From positions 18,662,001 to 18,726,000 of the forward strand of contig NC_086108.1 in assembly GCF_963921235.1 (NCBI RefSeq): a stretch of DNA of 64,000 nucleotides, given 5' to 3'. The position numbers and the translations under genes are program-made. Below, piece after piece: positions 36,405-47,462 of this stretch (positions are counted from its first letter, which is position 1; every line of letters begins with the position of its first letter). Below the pieces are notes generated by a model. It saw only the letters and a program-made list of their open reading frames with translations, ran no database searches and was not told where the DNA came from. This DNA comes from Mobula hypostoma. Taxonomy: Eukaryota.

Positions 36405-37824
36405 TTTGGCAGGGGGATGGGAACCGGAATGACAGAGCAGAGGAAGGGGAAAACAAAAATAAATCTAAGATAGTGAGCAGTAAAGATGTCAGGAAAGACA
36501 GGCAGGTGATGGGGCAAATTTGTAGCTATTGGGATGAGTTGCAGTGCAATAAAGTTGCAGTGAAATCAAAGTGAAAAGTACCAAATACTGGTCTTAAGGT
36601 GTTATATTTAAACGCACGCAGCATAAGAAATAAGGTGGATGATTTTGTCGTACAGCTACAGATCAGCAGGTACGATATTGTGGCCATCACTGAGACGTGG
36701 CTAAATGATGCATGTCTCTGGGAGCTGAACGTCCAAGGATACACAGTGTATCGGAAGGATAGGAAGGTAGGCAGAGGGGGTGGCTTGGCTTTATTGGTAA
36801 AAAATGATATTAAATCATGAGAAAGAGGTGCTATAGGATCGGAAGGTGCAGAACGGGCAAAGAAGTGGCAAATGAAGTACAATGTTGGAAAATGTATGCT
36901 TATGCACTTTGGCAGAAGTAATAAACGGGCAAACTATCATTTAAATGGGGAAAGAATTCAAAGTTCTGAGATGCAACGGGACTTGGGAGTCCTTGTACAG
37001 GATACCCTTAAGGTTAACCTCCAGGTTGAGTCAGTAGTGAAGAAGGCGAATGCAATGTTGGCATTAATTTCTAGAGGAGTAGAGTATAGGAGCAGGGATG
37101 TGATGTTGAGGCTCTATAAGGCGCTGGTGAGACCTCACTTGGAGTACTGTGGGCAGTTTTGGTCTCCTTATTTAAGAAAGGATGTGCTGACGTTGGAGAG
37201 GGTACAGAGAAGATTCACTAGAATGATTCCGGGAATGAGAGGGTTAACATATGAGGAACGTTTGTCCGCTCTTGGACTGTATTCCTTGGAGTTTCAAAGA
37301 ATGAGGGAAGACCTTATAGAAACATCTTGAATGTTGAAAGGCATGGACAGAGTGGATGTGGCAAAGTTGTTTCCCATGATGGGGGAGTCTAGTACGAGAG
37401 GGCATGACTTAAGGATTGAAGGGCACCCATTCAGAACAGAAATGCGAAGAAATTTTTTTAGCCAGAGAGTGGTAAATCTATGGAATTTGTTGCCACGGGC
37501 AGCAGTGGAGGCCAAGTCATTGGGTGTATTTAAGGCAGAGATTGATAGGTATCTAAGTAGCCAGGGCATCAAAGGTTATGGTGAAAAGGCCGGGGAGTGG
37601 GACTGAATGGGAGAATGGATCAGCTCATGATAAAATGGCGGAGCAGACTCGATGGGCTGAATGGCTGACTTCTGCTCCTTTGTCTTATGGTCTTATGGTC
37701 ATGTCCGGCACAGCTTTGTGGGCTAAAGGGCTATGTTTTTTCTAAGACACCTACCATTAACTGAGGGGTTTGTGGACCCCAGGTTGGGTACCCCTGGGCT
37801 GGACAAACTGGATATGGGAACACA

Positions 37825-38150
37825 AAATAATCTGCAGATGTTGTTGTCAAAGGAACACTCACAATGCGCTGGAGGAACTCAGCAGGTCAGTCAGCATCAG
37901 TTGAAAAGATTAGTCGACGTTTCGGGCCAAAACCCTTCATCAGGACTGAAGGAAGAACTTTGGGGAGGGTTTGAAGAATGCTGTTAGTTGAAAAAAACAG
38001 TAATTTGAAAGACAAAGGGGTGGGGGAGGGGAAGCAGGGAGGTGATTGGCAGGAGAACAATGCGCAGTAGTAGAAGGAGGCGGAACTTTGAGGGAGGTGA
38101 TGTGAAATAGGGATAGAGGAAGGGGCGGGGGGGGGAGGGAATTACTGGAA
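37825..38150 (-). mobile_element. Penelope-like 3' tail
   Basis: Reverse complement of the pyrimidine tract + CAGTCCTGATGAAGGG...CTGCTGAGTTCCTCCAGC terminus. Confidence 0.75.
37911..37948 (-). ncRNA. Minimal type I hammerhead ribozyme motif (core intact, GUC site)
   Basis: CAGUC-CUGAUGA-A-GGGUUUUGGCCC-GAAA-CG-UC-GACUA. Confidence 0.75.
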
Positions 38151-38304
38151 GGATGGGATATGGGAAGGATGTTTCCCCTGGCAGTAAAGATCTAGAATGA
38201 GAGATCACAATCTTAAATTATAGAACATAGAACACTGAACATGGAACATAGAACAGTACCCTGCAGGAACAGGCTATTCAACCCATAATATCTGTGTGAC
38301 CATG

Positions 38305-39595
38305 ATAGAAACATAGAAACGTAGAAACATAGAAAATAGATGCAGGAGTAGGCCATTCGGCCCTTCGAGCCTGCGCCGCCATTCAGTATGATCATGGCTG
38401 ATCATCCAACTCAGAACCCTGTACCCGCCTTCCCTCCATACCCCCTGATCCCTTTAGCCACAAGGGCCATATCTAACTCCCTCTTAAATATAGCCAATGA
38501 ACTGGCCTCAACTGTTTCCTGTAGCAGAGAATTCCACAGATTCACCACTCTCTGTGTGAAGAAGTTTTTCCTCATCTCGGTCCTAAAAGGCTTCCCCTTT
38601 ATCCTCAAACTGTGACCCCTCGTTCTGGACTTCCCCAACATCGGGAACAATCTTCCTGCATCTAGCCTGTCTAATCCCTTTAGGATTTTATACGTTTCAA
38701 TCAGATCCCCCCTCCACCTTCTAAATTCCAACGAGTATAAGCCTAGTTCATCCAGTCTTTCATCATATGAAAGTCCTGCCATCCCAGGAATCAATCTGGT
38801 GAACCTTCTTTGTACTCCCTCTATGGCAAGGATGTCTTTCCTCAGATTAGGGGACCAAAACTGCACACAATACTCCAGGTGTGGTCTCACCAAGGCTTTG
38901 TACAACTGCAGTAGTACCTCCCTGCTCCTGTACTCGAATCCTCTTGCTATAAATGCCAGCATACCATTCGCCTTTTTCACCGCCTGCTGTACCTGCATGC
39001 CCACTTTCAATGACTGGTGTATAATGACACCCAGGTCTCATTGCACCTCCCCTTTTCCTAATCGGCCACCATTCAGATAATAATCCGTTTTCCTGTTTTT
39101 GCCACCAAAGTGGATAACTTCACATTTATCCACATTAAATTGCATCTGCCATGAATTTGCCCACTCACCCAACCTATCCAAGTCACCCTGCATCCTCTTA
39201 GCATCCTCCTCACAGCTAACACTGCCGCCCAGCTTCGTGTCATCCGCAAACTTGGAGATGCTGCATTTAATTCCCTCATCCAAGTCATTAATATATATTG
39301 TAAACAACTGGGGTCCCAGCACTGAACCACTAGTCACTGCCTGCCATTCTGAAAAGGTCCCGGTTATTCCCACTCTTTGCTTCCTGTCTGCCAACCAATT
39401 CTCTATCCACATCAATACCTTACCCCCAATACCGTGTGCTTTAAGTTTGCACACTAATCTCCTGTGTGGGACCTTGTCAAAAGCCTTTTGAAAATCCAAA
39501 TATACCACATCCACTGGTTCTCCCCTATCCACTCTACTAGTTACATCCTCAAAAAATTCTATGAGATTCGTCAGACATGATTTTCCTTTCACAAG
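38305..39595 (-). mobile_element. Relatively young 5'-truncated CR1 (RT and C-terminus, 3'UTR)
   Basis: KGKSCLTNL, DFQKAFDKVPH, KFADDTK, RPHLEYCVQFWSP; (ATAGAAAC)n tail on the plus strand; small deletion at GVPQ. Confidence 0.95.
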
Positions 39596-40099
39596 GAAAT
39601 GCTAATTTAAACTTGACATATGCCTGTGCACTGATCCTATCCCCTTATTCCCTGTTGGGTCATTTGCCTGTCCAAATGCTTCCTAATCATTGCTATTGAA
39701 TCTGCTATTAACACTTACCCTGGCAGCATGTTCCAGACACCTACCTCTCACTATGCAAAAAAGAACTGCCTTTTAAATCTTTAAACTTTCTCCCTCTCAC
39801 TTTAAGTGTATACTTTCCAGTGTTTGACATTTCCATCCTGGGAAATAGATAATCTACCCTATCTTTGCCTTTCATAATTTTATATACTTCAAACGCATTG
39901 CCCCCCAGCATGCAACACTCCAAAGAAAATAACACAAATTTGTCTGTTCATTATTTATGCTTGTTATTATAAATCATAGGGCAAGAGACTATGGCTTGAG
40001 TTGAGAAGACATTTAATTGCTTAGATGGTGGTGAACCCTTTGAATTTGCTACTGCCCCAGGACTATGGAAGCCAAGATACTGACTATATTTAAGAAGGA

Positions 40100-40612
40100 G
40101 GTTGTGGCTGTCCATCATGTCCGATGATGACAGGAAAACTGTGTGGGAGAGTTTTTAAAGTGGAAAAGCCATTGCACTGGGCTAGTCCCACTCTCTCAAC
40201 CTCAGAAGTCTGGGTCCAGTGGTACAATCAAGCATCACAAACTGGAGTCTTCCTTGGTTACAGTGGATGACCATGATGTCTTCTGTACTTGTCATGCCCT
40301 TCGCTCTCCACGGAGTTTTACACTACCACCTTCCTGGCCGTTGGATCTCACTGTAGATCTCATCCAGCCAGACCACCAGAGCTGACTTCACATGCTAGGA
40401 CAGGTATGCCACTGGCTACCCTCACCTGGTTTATCCTGTCTGTCAAAGTAGTGTACCGAAGAGTGGCCGCTCTCACAACCAAACAGCTGCTTGGAGCCAC
40501 GGATGAAAGCTGAGAATCCAGTGGGGACCAATGGTGACAGAACTGCCCCAGAATGGACTCAACAAGCCCCTTCACAGAGGTGCTACCCCTACCTATACAC
40601 CCCACACACACC
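40100..40612 (-). mobile_element. 513-bp non-coding retroposon (RTE-like SINE) inserted in a CR1 3' fragment
   Basis: 8-bp TSD AAGAAGGA at 40092-40099 and 40613-40620; host CR1 is continuous across it; RTE affinity and strand are inferred. Confidence 0.65.
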
Positions 40613-40696
40613 AAGAAGGACGTAGATAGATTTCTAAACATAAAAGGCATAGAAAGGCCACTTGACTTAGTGCTAGTAAATGAGGTTAGTGTAGAT

Positions 40697-40776
40697 CGGG
40701 GATTCACAACTTGTAGTCCACAGACCCCTCAGTTATGGTAAGGGTCCATGGCATAAAAAAAGGTTGGGAACCTATG
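40697..40776. mobile_element. 80-bp hAT-type MITE, same family as 15851-15930
   Basis: Perfect 8-bp TSD GTGTAGAT; degenerate TIRs; shared GGTCCRTGGCATAAAAA core. Confidence 0.85.
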
Positions 40777-41109
40777 GTGTAGATGGATACAACGGGCAGT
40801 ATGAAAATGATTGATCGATGGGACTGTTCTAGTGCTGTATGACTCTATAACTGCCTTCCAGACTGAATCTATACAGTCCAATCGCACTCCCATTCTTCAT
40901 CTACTGCTTCATTCCTGCTCCACTCCGGAATCTCCTATTAGTCATCTACATCCTTCTGTAATCCATCTAATTGCTAATCCATAGGTTGCCCGAAAAATTA
41001 GCTAGGAAAGGGGATTGTTCCATGTGGCAGTGTGGGCTGGAATGGCCTGGGAAGGTGGGGAGAATAAAATGAAATTAGAGTAGTGAAAATGGGGTCTGAT
41101 TATATTTTT

Positions 41110-41650
41110 CCTTTTCAAAAGAGAATTATTCATTGATTACAGCATTGCATAATATAGTCCTGCAATATTCCATGATTCACACTACTTACAGTCAGTAGCT
41201 TCAGTTTACAACATAGACATCTCTATCCAGAGTGCACTCAAGCCCCTCTGGTGCTTACCAATGTTGGAAATCCCCCATTGTACCCATGCTCCTTTTCCAA
41301 AGGTACAAGGGGCAAGCAATCGGCTCTGGCAGAACCTACGACTTCCCACCACCCAGACCCATGGTCACCTTGGCCAGGCGCAAACCAGCAAGGGAGATAC
41401 CCGACATACCCCCACCAGCCGCTCCAAATGCCCACCCAACCCCGCACTAGATGGCCAAGATCAGGAGCAGGGAGCCGAAGTGCAGCCAAAACTTGCGGAG
41501 CAGGCCCCTCAGATACTCAAGTAAAGGCTGCAACCTCTCACACATGATACACTGACTCCTCCCAGCCACAGAAATACCAGAGAGTCCAGAAAGCAATTTC
41601 GGAATCTGCTGTTTGCAACACTTCCCACCCCAGGTCACAATAATTCATTC
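41110..41650 (-). mobile_element. Tx1-clade non-LTR retrotransposon 3' fragment
   Basis: Minus strand DLGWEVLQ...FCGWEESVYHV, CERLQPLLEYLRGLLRKFWLHF, GSARADCLPL, VPLEKEH (Tx1/L1 C-terminal zinc-knuckle region). Confidence 0.75.
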
Positions 41651-42554
41651 ACTCAGTGTACTGCAAGATCAGTTTCTGTGCTCTACAGGTGGAGACCCAT
41701 ATGGAGATAAATGTAAGAGCAGCTCGAAATCCAGAATGGCCATGTCTTTCCTAAGGGTGATTAATCCATCTAAATTCACTCAAACTGGTCCCAAACGTCT
41801 CCTGCCTTCTTTTCAAAATAGCTGTTCATGTGCAACTCAGGCAGACAAAGTGAGCTTTGCATTAAATTTCCATTGCCTCTCTCCTGTGGTTATACATTCT
41901 GACATGCTCAAACAGCACCTGGTGCTTAGACGGTTCCCACAGTCTCTCCTGGACTCCACGTTCCCCAGACAGTCTGCATAACACTTTGTGAATTTGGTCA
42001 ACTTTCCCAGCCTGCCTCCTGTAACAGTTCATTTAGACCAACCTCAGCTTCTCTCGCAGGTAATTAATCCAGAGTTTGTTCGAACCCTTTGCTCTCTTAA
42101 GAACAGTACTGAAAAGTCCAAGAGCTCTTTGGGGGAAATGGCAATGTGTGACGCACCTGACCTGCAGTGAAAATATTCCAGAAGGAGAGTCCTCGGGAGG
42201 GTTCTCCCAATCAGCTGTCTGTCCGTGCTTGTAGAGGGATCACACGGTATCATAGGTCTTTTTACCCTTCGACCAGAAGCAAAGGCATGCTCGGAATTTA
42301 AATAGTTGCTCTTAAAGGCACTTGAAACAGATGCCTTTATAGGTGTCTGCATTTATGGGTTCTTTCCTAATGTTCTGTGCAGGAGGGTGTCCATAGAGGC
42401 ATCACCAACTCCCAACTCCACCAACTCCCCAACCCCATGCTCGTTCCTCAGAGCATGATACTCACACAGATTGGATGCTGATTTTTCTTTCTATTGCTCA
42501 TCCTGTTTTATATTCCCTGGCCGTGGAGAGCTGCATGGCTGACAGAGCTGGTAC

Positions 42555-42845
42555 CTCTCAGTTCCAGTGACTCTGGCTCAATCCCAACCTCCAGTGCTCT
42601 CTGCGTGGAATCTGCATGTTCTCCCTGGGACCGGGTGGCTTTACCCCAGGTGCACTGACTTCCTCCAACATCCCAAAGATGTGTGGGTTAGGGGAGTCCA
42701 TTGGCCATAGTAGATTATCCCTTCTGTGAATGGTAGGTTCCAGGGGGAATTGATGGGAATATGGGGAGAATGGATGGCAGGAGAATTGGTGGGAAATGAG
42801 ACTGCTCTGTGAATCAGTGGGGTAAATGATTTTATTCTGTGTTGT
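42555..42845 (+). mobile_element. Degenerate HE1/V-SINE-like SINE
   Basis: GTGGAATCTGCATGTTCTCCC...GTGGCTTTACCCCAGGTGCACTGACTTCCTCCAACATCCCAAAGA; CR1-like tail. Confidence 0.65.
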
Positions 42846-43976
42846 AAGGAAATACGGAAATGTGGGAATCTCCAGGAATACTTCCAGCTTCACTCACCCA
42901 ATGCAATCAAACTAACATATTGTCAGTAAACATCACTTCCCTTTAAACAACAAGAACAGGAAAACTCCCATAACCCACTCTCTAATTATTCTGAAATCCC
43001 ATTGGTTTAGCATCTGGCTCACCAAAAAGTACACTCTATTCTCCCGACCCAGCCACCAGGGCCTCCCTTCCTGTGCTCCTTGTTTCGGGCTCTTCCATAA
43101 AACTCACCAGCTTCACAAGAAAATTGACTGTTCTACCATGTAACATCTAAAGAAATTGATTTCATGATGTGTTGGAGTGTTGCTACCAAAACATCGGACA
43201 CTCCAGATAATCTGAAAATCTCTTTGTCTGGCATCTTCAAAGTTCTAAGCGAATTAGATTAACAGTTTTTGACTCAAAGACCACTGAATTCCCCATTTTT
43301 GATAATGTGTCGAGTTTTTCAAATTAGAGGTGGATACTAAAATAAAATAATATACATTATGGAATGATGGAATGCACTGCCTGAATCAGTGGTGGAGGCA
43401 GATACACTAGTGAAGTTTAAGAGACTACTAGACAGGTATATACGAGGAATTTAAGGTGGGGGGTTATATGGGAGGCAGGGTTTGAGGGTCGGCACAACAT
43501 TGTGGGCCGAAGGGCCTGTAATTTGCTCTACTATTCTATGAATCTATGAATACACACTCAGCGATTCAGGGACAGCTTCTTCCACTCTGCCATCCAATTC
43601 CTAAGTGGACACCACCTCATTTTCTTTTTAATATACAGTATTTCTGTTTTTTGCACATTTTTAATCTATTCAATATACATATACTGTAATTGATTTACTT
43701 ATTTATTTATTATTGCTATTTTCTTTTCTATGTTACGTATTGCATTGAACCTCTGCTGCTAAATTAACAAATCACATGCCAGTGATAATAAACCTGATTG
43801 TGATTCTGATTCTAAGATAACATATATAATAGAATAATATACATGATACATTCTGCCTGCAGCTTGGCAACTGAGGCTGCAAAAATCTGCTGAGAGTTGT
43901 GGGCACAGATGAGCACATCACGGAAACCAGCCTCCCCTCCAAGGACTCTGTCTACACTTGTTGCCTCGGTAAAAAA

Positions 43977-44345
43977 TAGAGGGGAGAACTGATGGAGGTA
44001 TACAAAATTATGAGGGGTGTAGATAGGGCAAGCAGGCTGAGTTCAGGTAGGATGACAACTAGAGATTATGGATTAAGGGTGAAAGGTGAAATATTTAAGG
44101 GGAACATGAGGAAGAATTTCTTCACTCAGAGAGTGGTGAGAGTGTGGAAGGAGCTATCAGCACAAGTGGTGCATGCAAGCTCGATTTCAATGTTCAAAAG
44201 AAGTTTGGATAGGTACATGAATGAGAGAGGTATAGGGAGCTATGGTCCCAGTGCAAGTTGATGGGAGTTGGTAGCTTAAATGGTTCAGCATGGACTGGAT
44301 GGGCCAAAGGGCCTGTTTCTGTGCTGTAGTTTTCTATGACTCTAA
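43977..44345 (+). mobile_element. CR1 3' fragment inserted in a Rex1/L2-like remnant (43850-44640)
   Basis: EVYKIMRG...RKNFFTQRVVRVW; TTCTATGACTCTA tail. Confidence 0.8.
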
Positions 44346-44769
44346 AGTAGCCAATATAATTAAAGACCCCTCCCACCAGGAATATTCTCCCTGCTCCCAT
44401 TGAGCAGAAGATACAAAAGCTCGAAAGCACGTATCACCAGGCTCGAGGACAGCTTCTGCCCCACTTTCATACAACTATTGAACAGAAGCCATGTACAATA
44501 AGATGGGCTCATGATCTCACAATCCATCTCATTCTGGCCATGCACCTTATTGTCTGCCTGCACTGCAGTTTCTCTGTAACTGTAGCACTTTATTCTACAT
44601 TCTCTTATTGGTTTCCCTTGTGCTACCTCAATATACTGATAACCATATAACAATTACAGCACGGAAACAGGCTATCTCAGCCGTTCTACTCCGTGCCGAA
44701 CGCTTACTCTCACCCAGTCCCATCTACCTGCACTCAGCCCATAACCCACCATTCCCTTCCTGATATGTA

Positions 44770-45445
44770 GAGGACCCAAACAGTCCTTCCAGGTGAGGCA
44801 ACACTTCACTTGTGAGTCTGTTGAGGTCATCTATTGCATCCAGTGCTCCCGGTGCAGCCTCCTCTACATCGATGAAACCCGACGCAGACTGGGGGACCGC
44901 TTCATCGAGCACCTCCGCAGACACAACAGACAGGATCTCCCAGTTGGCACCCACTTCAACTCTGCTTCACATTCCCATTCGGATATGTCCATACATGGCC
45001 TCCTCTACTGCCATGATGAGGCTCAACTCAGGTTGGAAGAGCCACACCTCATTTACCGTCTGGGTAGTCTCGAGCCCCTTGGTATGAACACTGAATTCTC
45101 CAACTTCCAGTACTTCCCTCCCCCTCCCTTCCCCTATCCCAGTTTCACTCTGCCCCCTCCCCCAGCTGCCTACTACCTCCCTTATGGTTCCGCCTCCTTC
45201 TACTACCCATTGTGCTTTCTCCTATTCCTTCTTCACCTTTCCTGCCTATCCCCTCCCCCACCCCTTTATCTTTCCCCTTACTGGTTTTTCACCTGGAACC
45301 TTCCAGCCTTCTCCTTCCCACCCTCCCCCCACCTTCTTTATAGGGCCTCTGCCCCTTCCCTCTTCAGTCCTGATGAAGGGTTCCGGCCCGAAACGTTGAC
45401 TGATCGATTCCACGGATGCTGCCCGACCTGCTGAGTTCCTCCAGT
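44770..45445 (+). mobile_element. Penelope-like element 3' part: GIY-YIG endonuclease and tail
   Basis: FTCES..VIYCIQCSRCSLLYIDET.RRL..RF.EH...HFN...E.HLIYRLGSL.P.GMN, the PLE-type GIY-YIG domain with CCHH. Confidence 0.9.
45364..45403 (+). ncRNA. Minimal type I hammerhead ribozyme motif (core intact, GUU site)
   Basis: UCAGUC-CUGAUGA-A-GGGUUCCGGCCC-GAAA-CG-UU-GACUGA; 6-bp stem I. Confidence 0.78.
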
Positions 45446-45887
45446 TTGGTTGTTAACCTGAAACGTTAGCCCTATTTCTCTGTCCACAGATGCTGCCTGA
45501 CCTGCAGGATATTCTCTGTTTTTACTTCAAGTTTCACTTTCAGTTACACATTAAGTCCTTCAGCTTTACTCACTTACTTTTATATCACTCTCAAGGGATC
45601 ATCAGCTTGTTTGTATCCACACCATCTCACTTCTGAGACTCTAACCCTGCACGATATCTCAGTCACACAGAAGCCACATTACCTTAAGTATCTCACCCTC
45701 TGTGATTAATTCAGCAACTGTTCACCTTTGGCATCATGTACTGGAACTTCTTCTCAGACTGGGAAGTGTGACTTTTGATTCCTAATGAGTTTGCTGCCAT
45801 TTGCAGTCTGAAAGGATTGAGGGTGAATGGAAAGAGGAAGGTTATTGAACAAAGGAAGGAAAAGAAGTGAGATGCAGTTATCATTGT

Positions 45888-46130
45888 AACACACACAAAA
45901 TGCTGAAGGAAATCAGCAAGCCAGGCAGCATCTATGGAAAAATATAAACAGTTGACATTTCGGGCCAAGCCTTTCATCAAGACTGGAAAAAAATATGCTA
46001 AGTCCTGATGAAGGGTCTCAACCCGAAATATCGACGGTTTACTCTTTTCCCTAGATGTTGCCTGACCTGCTGAGTTCCTCCAGCATGTTATGTGTGTTGC
46101 TTGGATTTCCAGCATCAGCAGATTTTCTCA
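45888..46130. mobile_element. Inverted pair of Penelope tails (fold-back element)
   Basis: 45890-45985 is the approximate reverse complement of 46001-46098, with a ~15-nt A-rich spacer. Confidence 0.8.
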
Positions 46131-46974
46131 TCTTTGTGCTACAGTTATCATTGGCTATGTATCCAACCGTTTCTGAGGGTAGTGTATCTAATTATATCTC
46201 TGAAAGGGTTTGAAAGGACAATGTATGGGATAGTTCATTATCTAACCATGTTCTGGAGGAATATGATGACATAATGTGAAGGAAGGCTTACTGTTTATTT
46301 AATCGCTGCTCTGGAAGGAATTCTAAACATGCTGAACAAGATTTCCTCCCTTTCTGCCTGTGCTATATACGTGCTCCTGGATTTCTTCCAGTCATGATTT
46401 CAATGTCTCTTCCCTTTATGAATGCACAGATCACAAAATCAAAGACTGAAAGATATACGAGAGGTGCTGACTGAAGAGAGTGATGATGTGCCATGGCGCT
46501 GGAGGCTGCTCAAGATACTGATTCTTTGGAAGAGATTTCAGCCACACATCTTCCTACTTTAGCTGAAAGGACAAGTGAGAACACTTCCATGGACCCATCC
46601 GTCACCACCTCCAGTTCTTCCATCTTCCAGAGCATTGACAGCCATACTTAGCCCAGTGCTAGGTGTCTTTGCAGAGGAGAGTAGCAAAGGTGTGCAGTGA
46701 AAGATGTGGCAAAAAAGGCAAGGCTGAACATTACTGGAGTACAGAGTGTTTATCCAACACCACACCCTTCAGACAGATGGTTTCACCACTGCAGGCAGAA
46801 TAGGATCAATAAAATCTGAAACCTCATTCCTATCAGGTGTCCTGTTATATTGGTTGGGTACTCAGCAATTAAACCAGTCCCAACTGTGCAGCCCATGTGT
46901 GTCTCTGTACGGAATACACAGGAGTGCATTGTTGAATATTTTATGTGTAATTGTTTGTAATCCCATTCAATAGA

Positions 46975-47462
46975 ATTTGAGTATGTCACCAAAGATTCTT
47001 ACAATTTTCTGTGGATGGATGGTGGAGAACATTCTGGCTGGTTGTACCACAGCCTGGTATGGGGCTCTAATGCACAGGATTGTAAGCGATTATGGACGTT
47101 TGTTAACTCAGCCACCTCCATCACATGTACAACTTTCCCCACCATTCAGGACACCTTCAAGAAGTGGTGCCTCAAGAAGGAGGCATCCATCATTAAGGAC
47201 CCTCGCCATCTGGAAAATGACCACTTCTCATTACTACCATCAGAGAGGTGATACAAGAGCCACGCTCAATGATTCAGGAAAAGTTTTTTTTCTCCCTCCA
47301 CCATCAAATTTCTGAATGGTGTGAGAACATGACTACCTTGTTATTCCTTTTTTTTACACTATTTATTTATTTTATAGTAATTTTATGTCTTGCCACTGCA
47401 CTGCTGCTACAAATTACCAAATTTCATGTCATTTAGGTTAGTGATAATAAATCTGATTCTAA
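46975..47462 (+). mobile_element. Rex1/Babar- or L2-like LINE 3' fragment
   Basis: ENILAGCTTAWYG...KKWCLKKEASIIKDP...FSLLPSER; (CTGATT) tail; related pieces at 43550-43815 and 55380-55720. Confidence 0.7.

Larger units (their letters stand above)
35089..37696 (+). mobile_element. CR1 family C with both termini, intact ORF1 and most of ORF2 deleted
   Basis: GGTCA duplicated at 35084-35088 and 37697-37701; EN N-terminus joins WAKKWQMKYN at ~36853; (TCTTATGG)n tail. Confidence 0.92.
30370..37745 (+). mobile_element. CR1 family B (ORF2 linker, RT, 3'UTR) in three pieces: 30370-30490, 33389-35088, 37697-37745
   Basis: KENPKAFY|KYVKSKRI is continuous across the first insert; RT DFSKTFD, QGSVLGP, KFADDTK; 3'UTR ...GAGGTCA|TGTCCGGCACAGC is continuous across the second. 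Confidence 0.88.

Noticed and set aside
41650..42450. Continuation of Tx1 or host exons (ORFs of 122 and 102 aa)
   Set aside because: No motif I can recognise; left unassigned pending a database search
46430..46745. Acceptor followed by S/T/E-rich coding-like sequence
   Set aside because: Stops interrupt the reading frames and no family is identifiable; possibly an ancient transposon remnant
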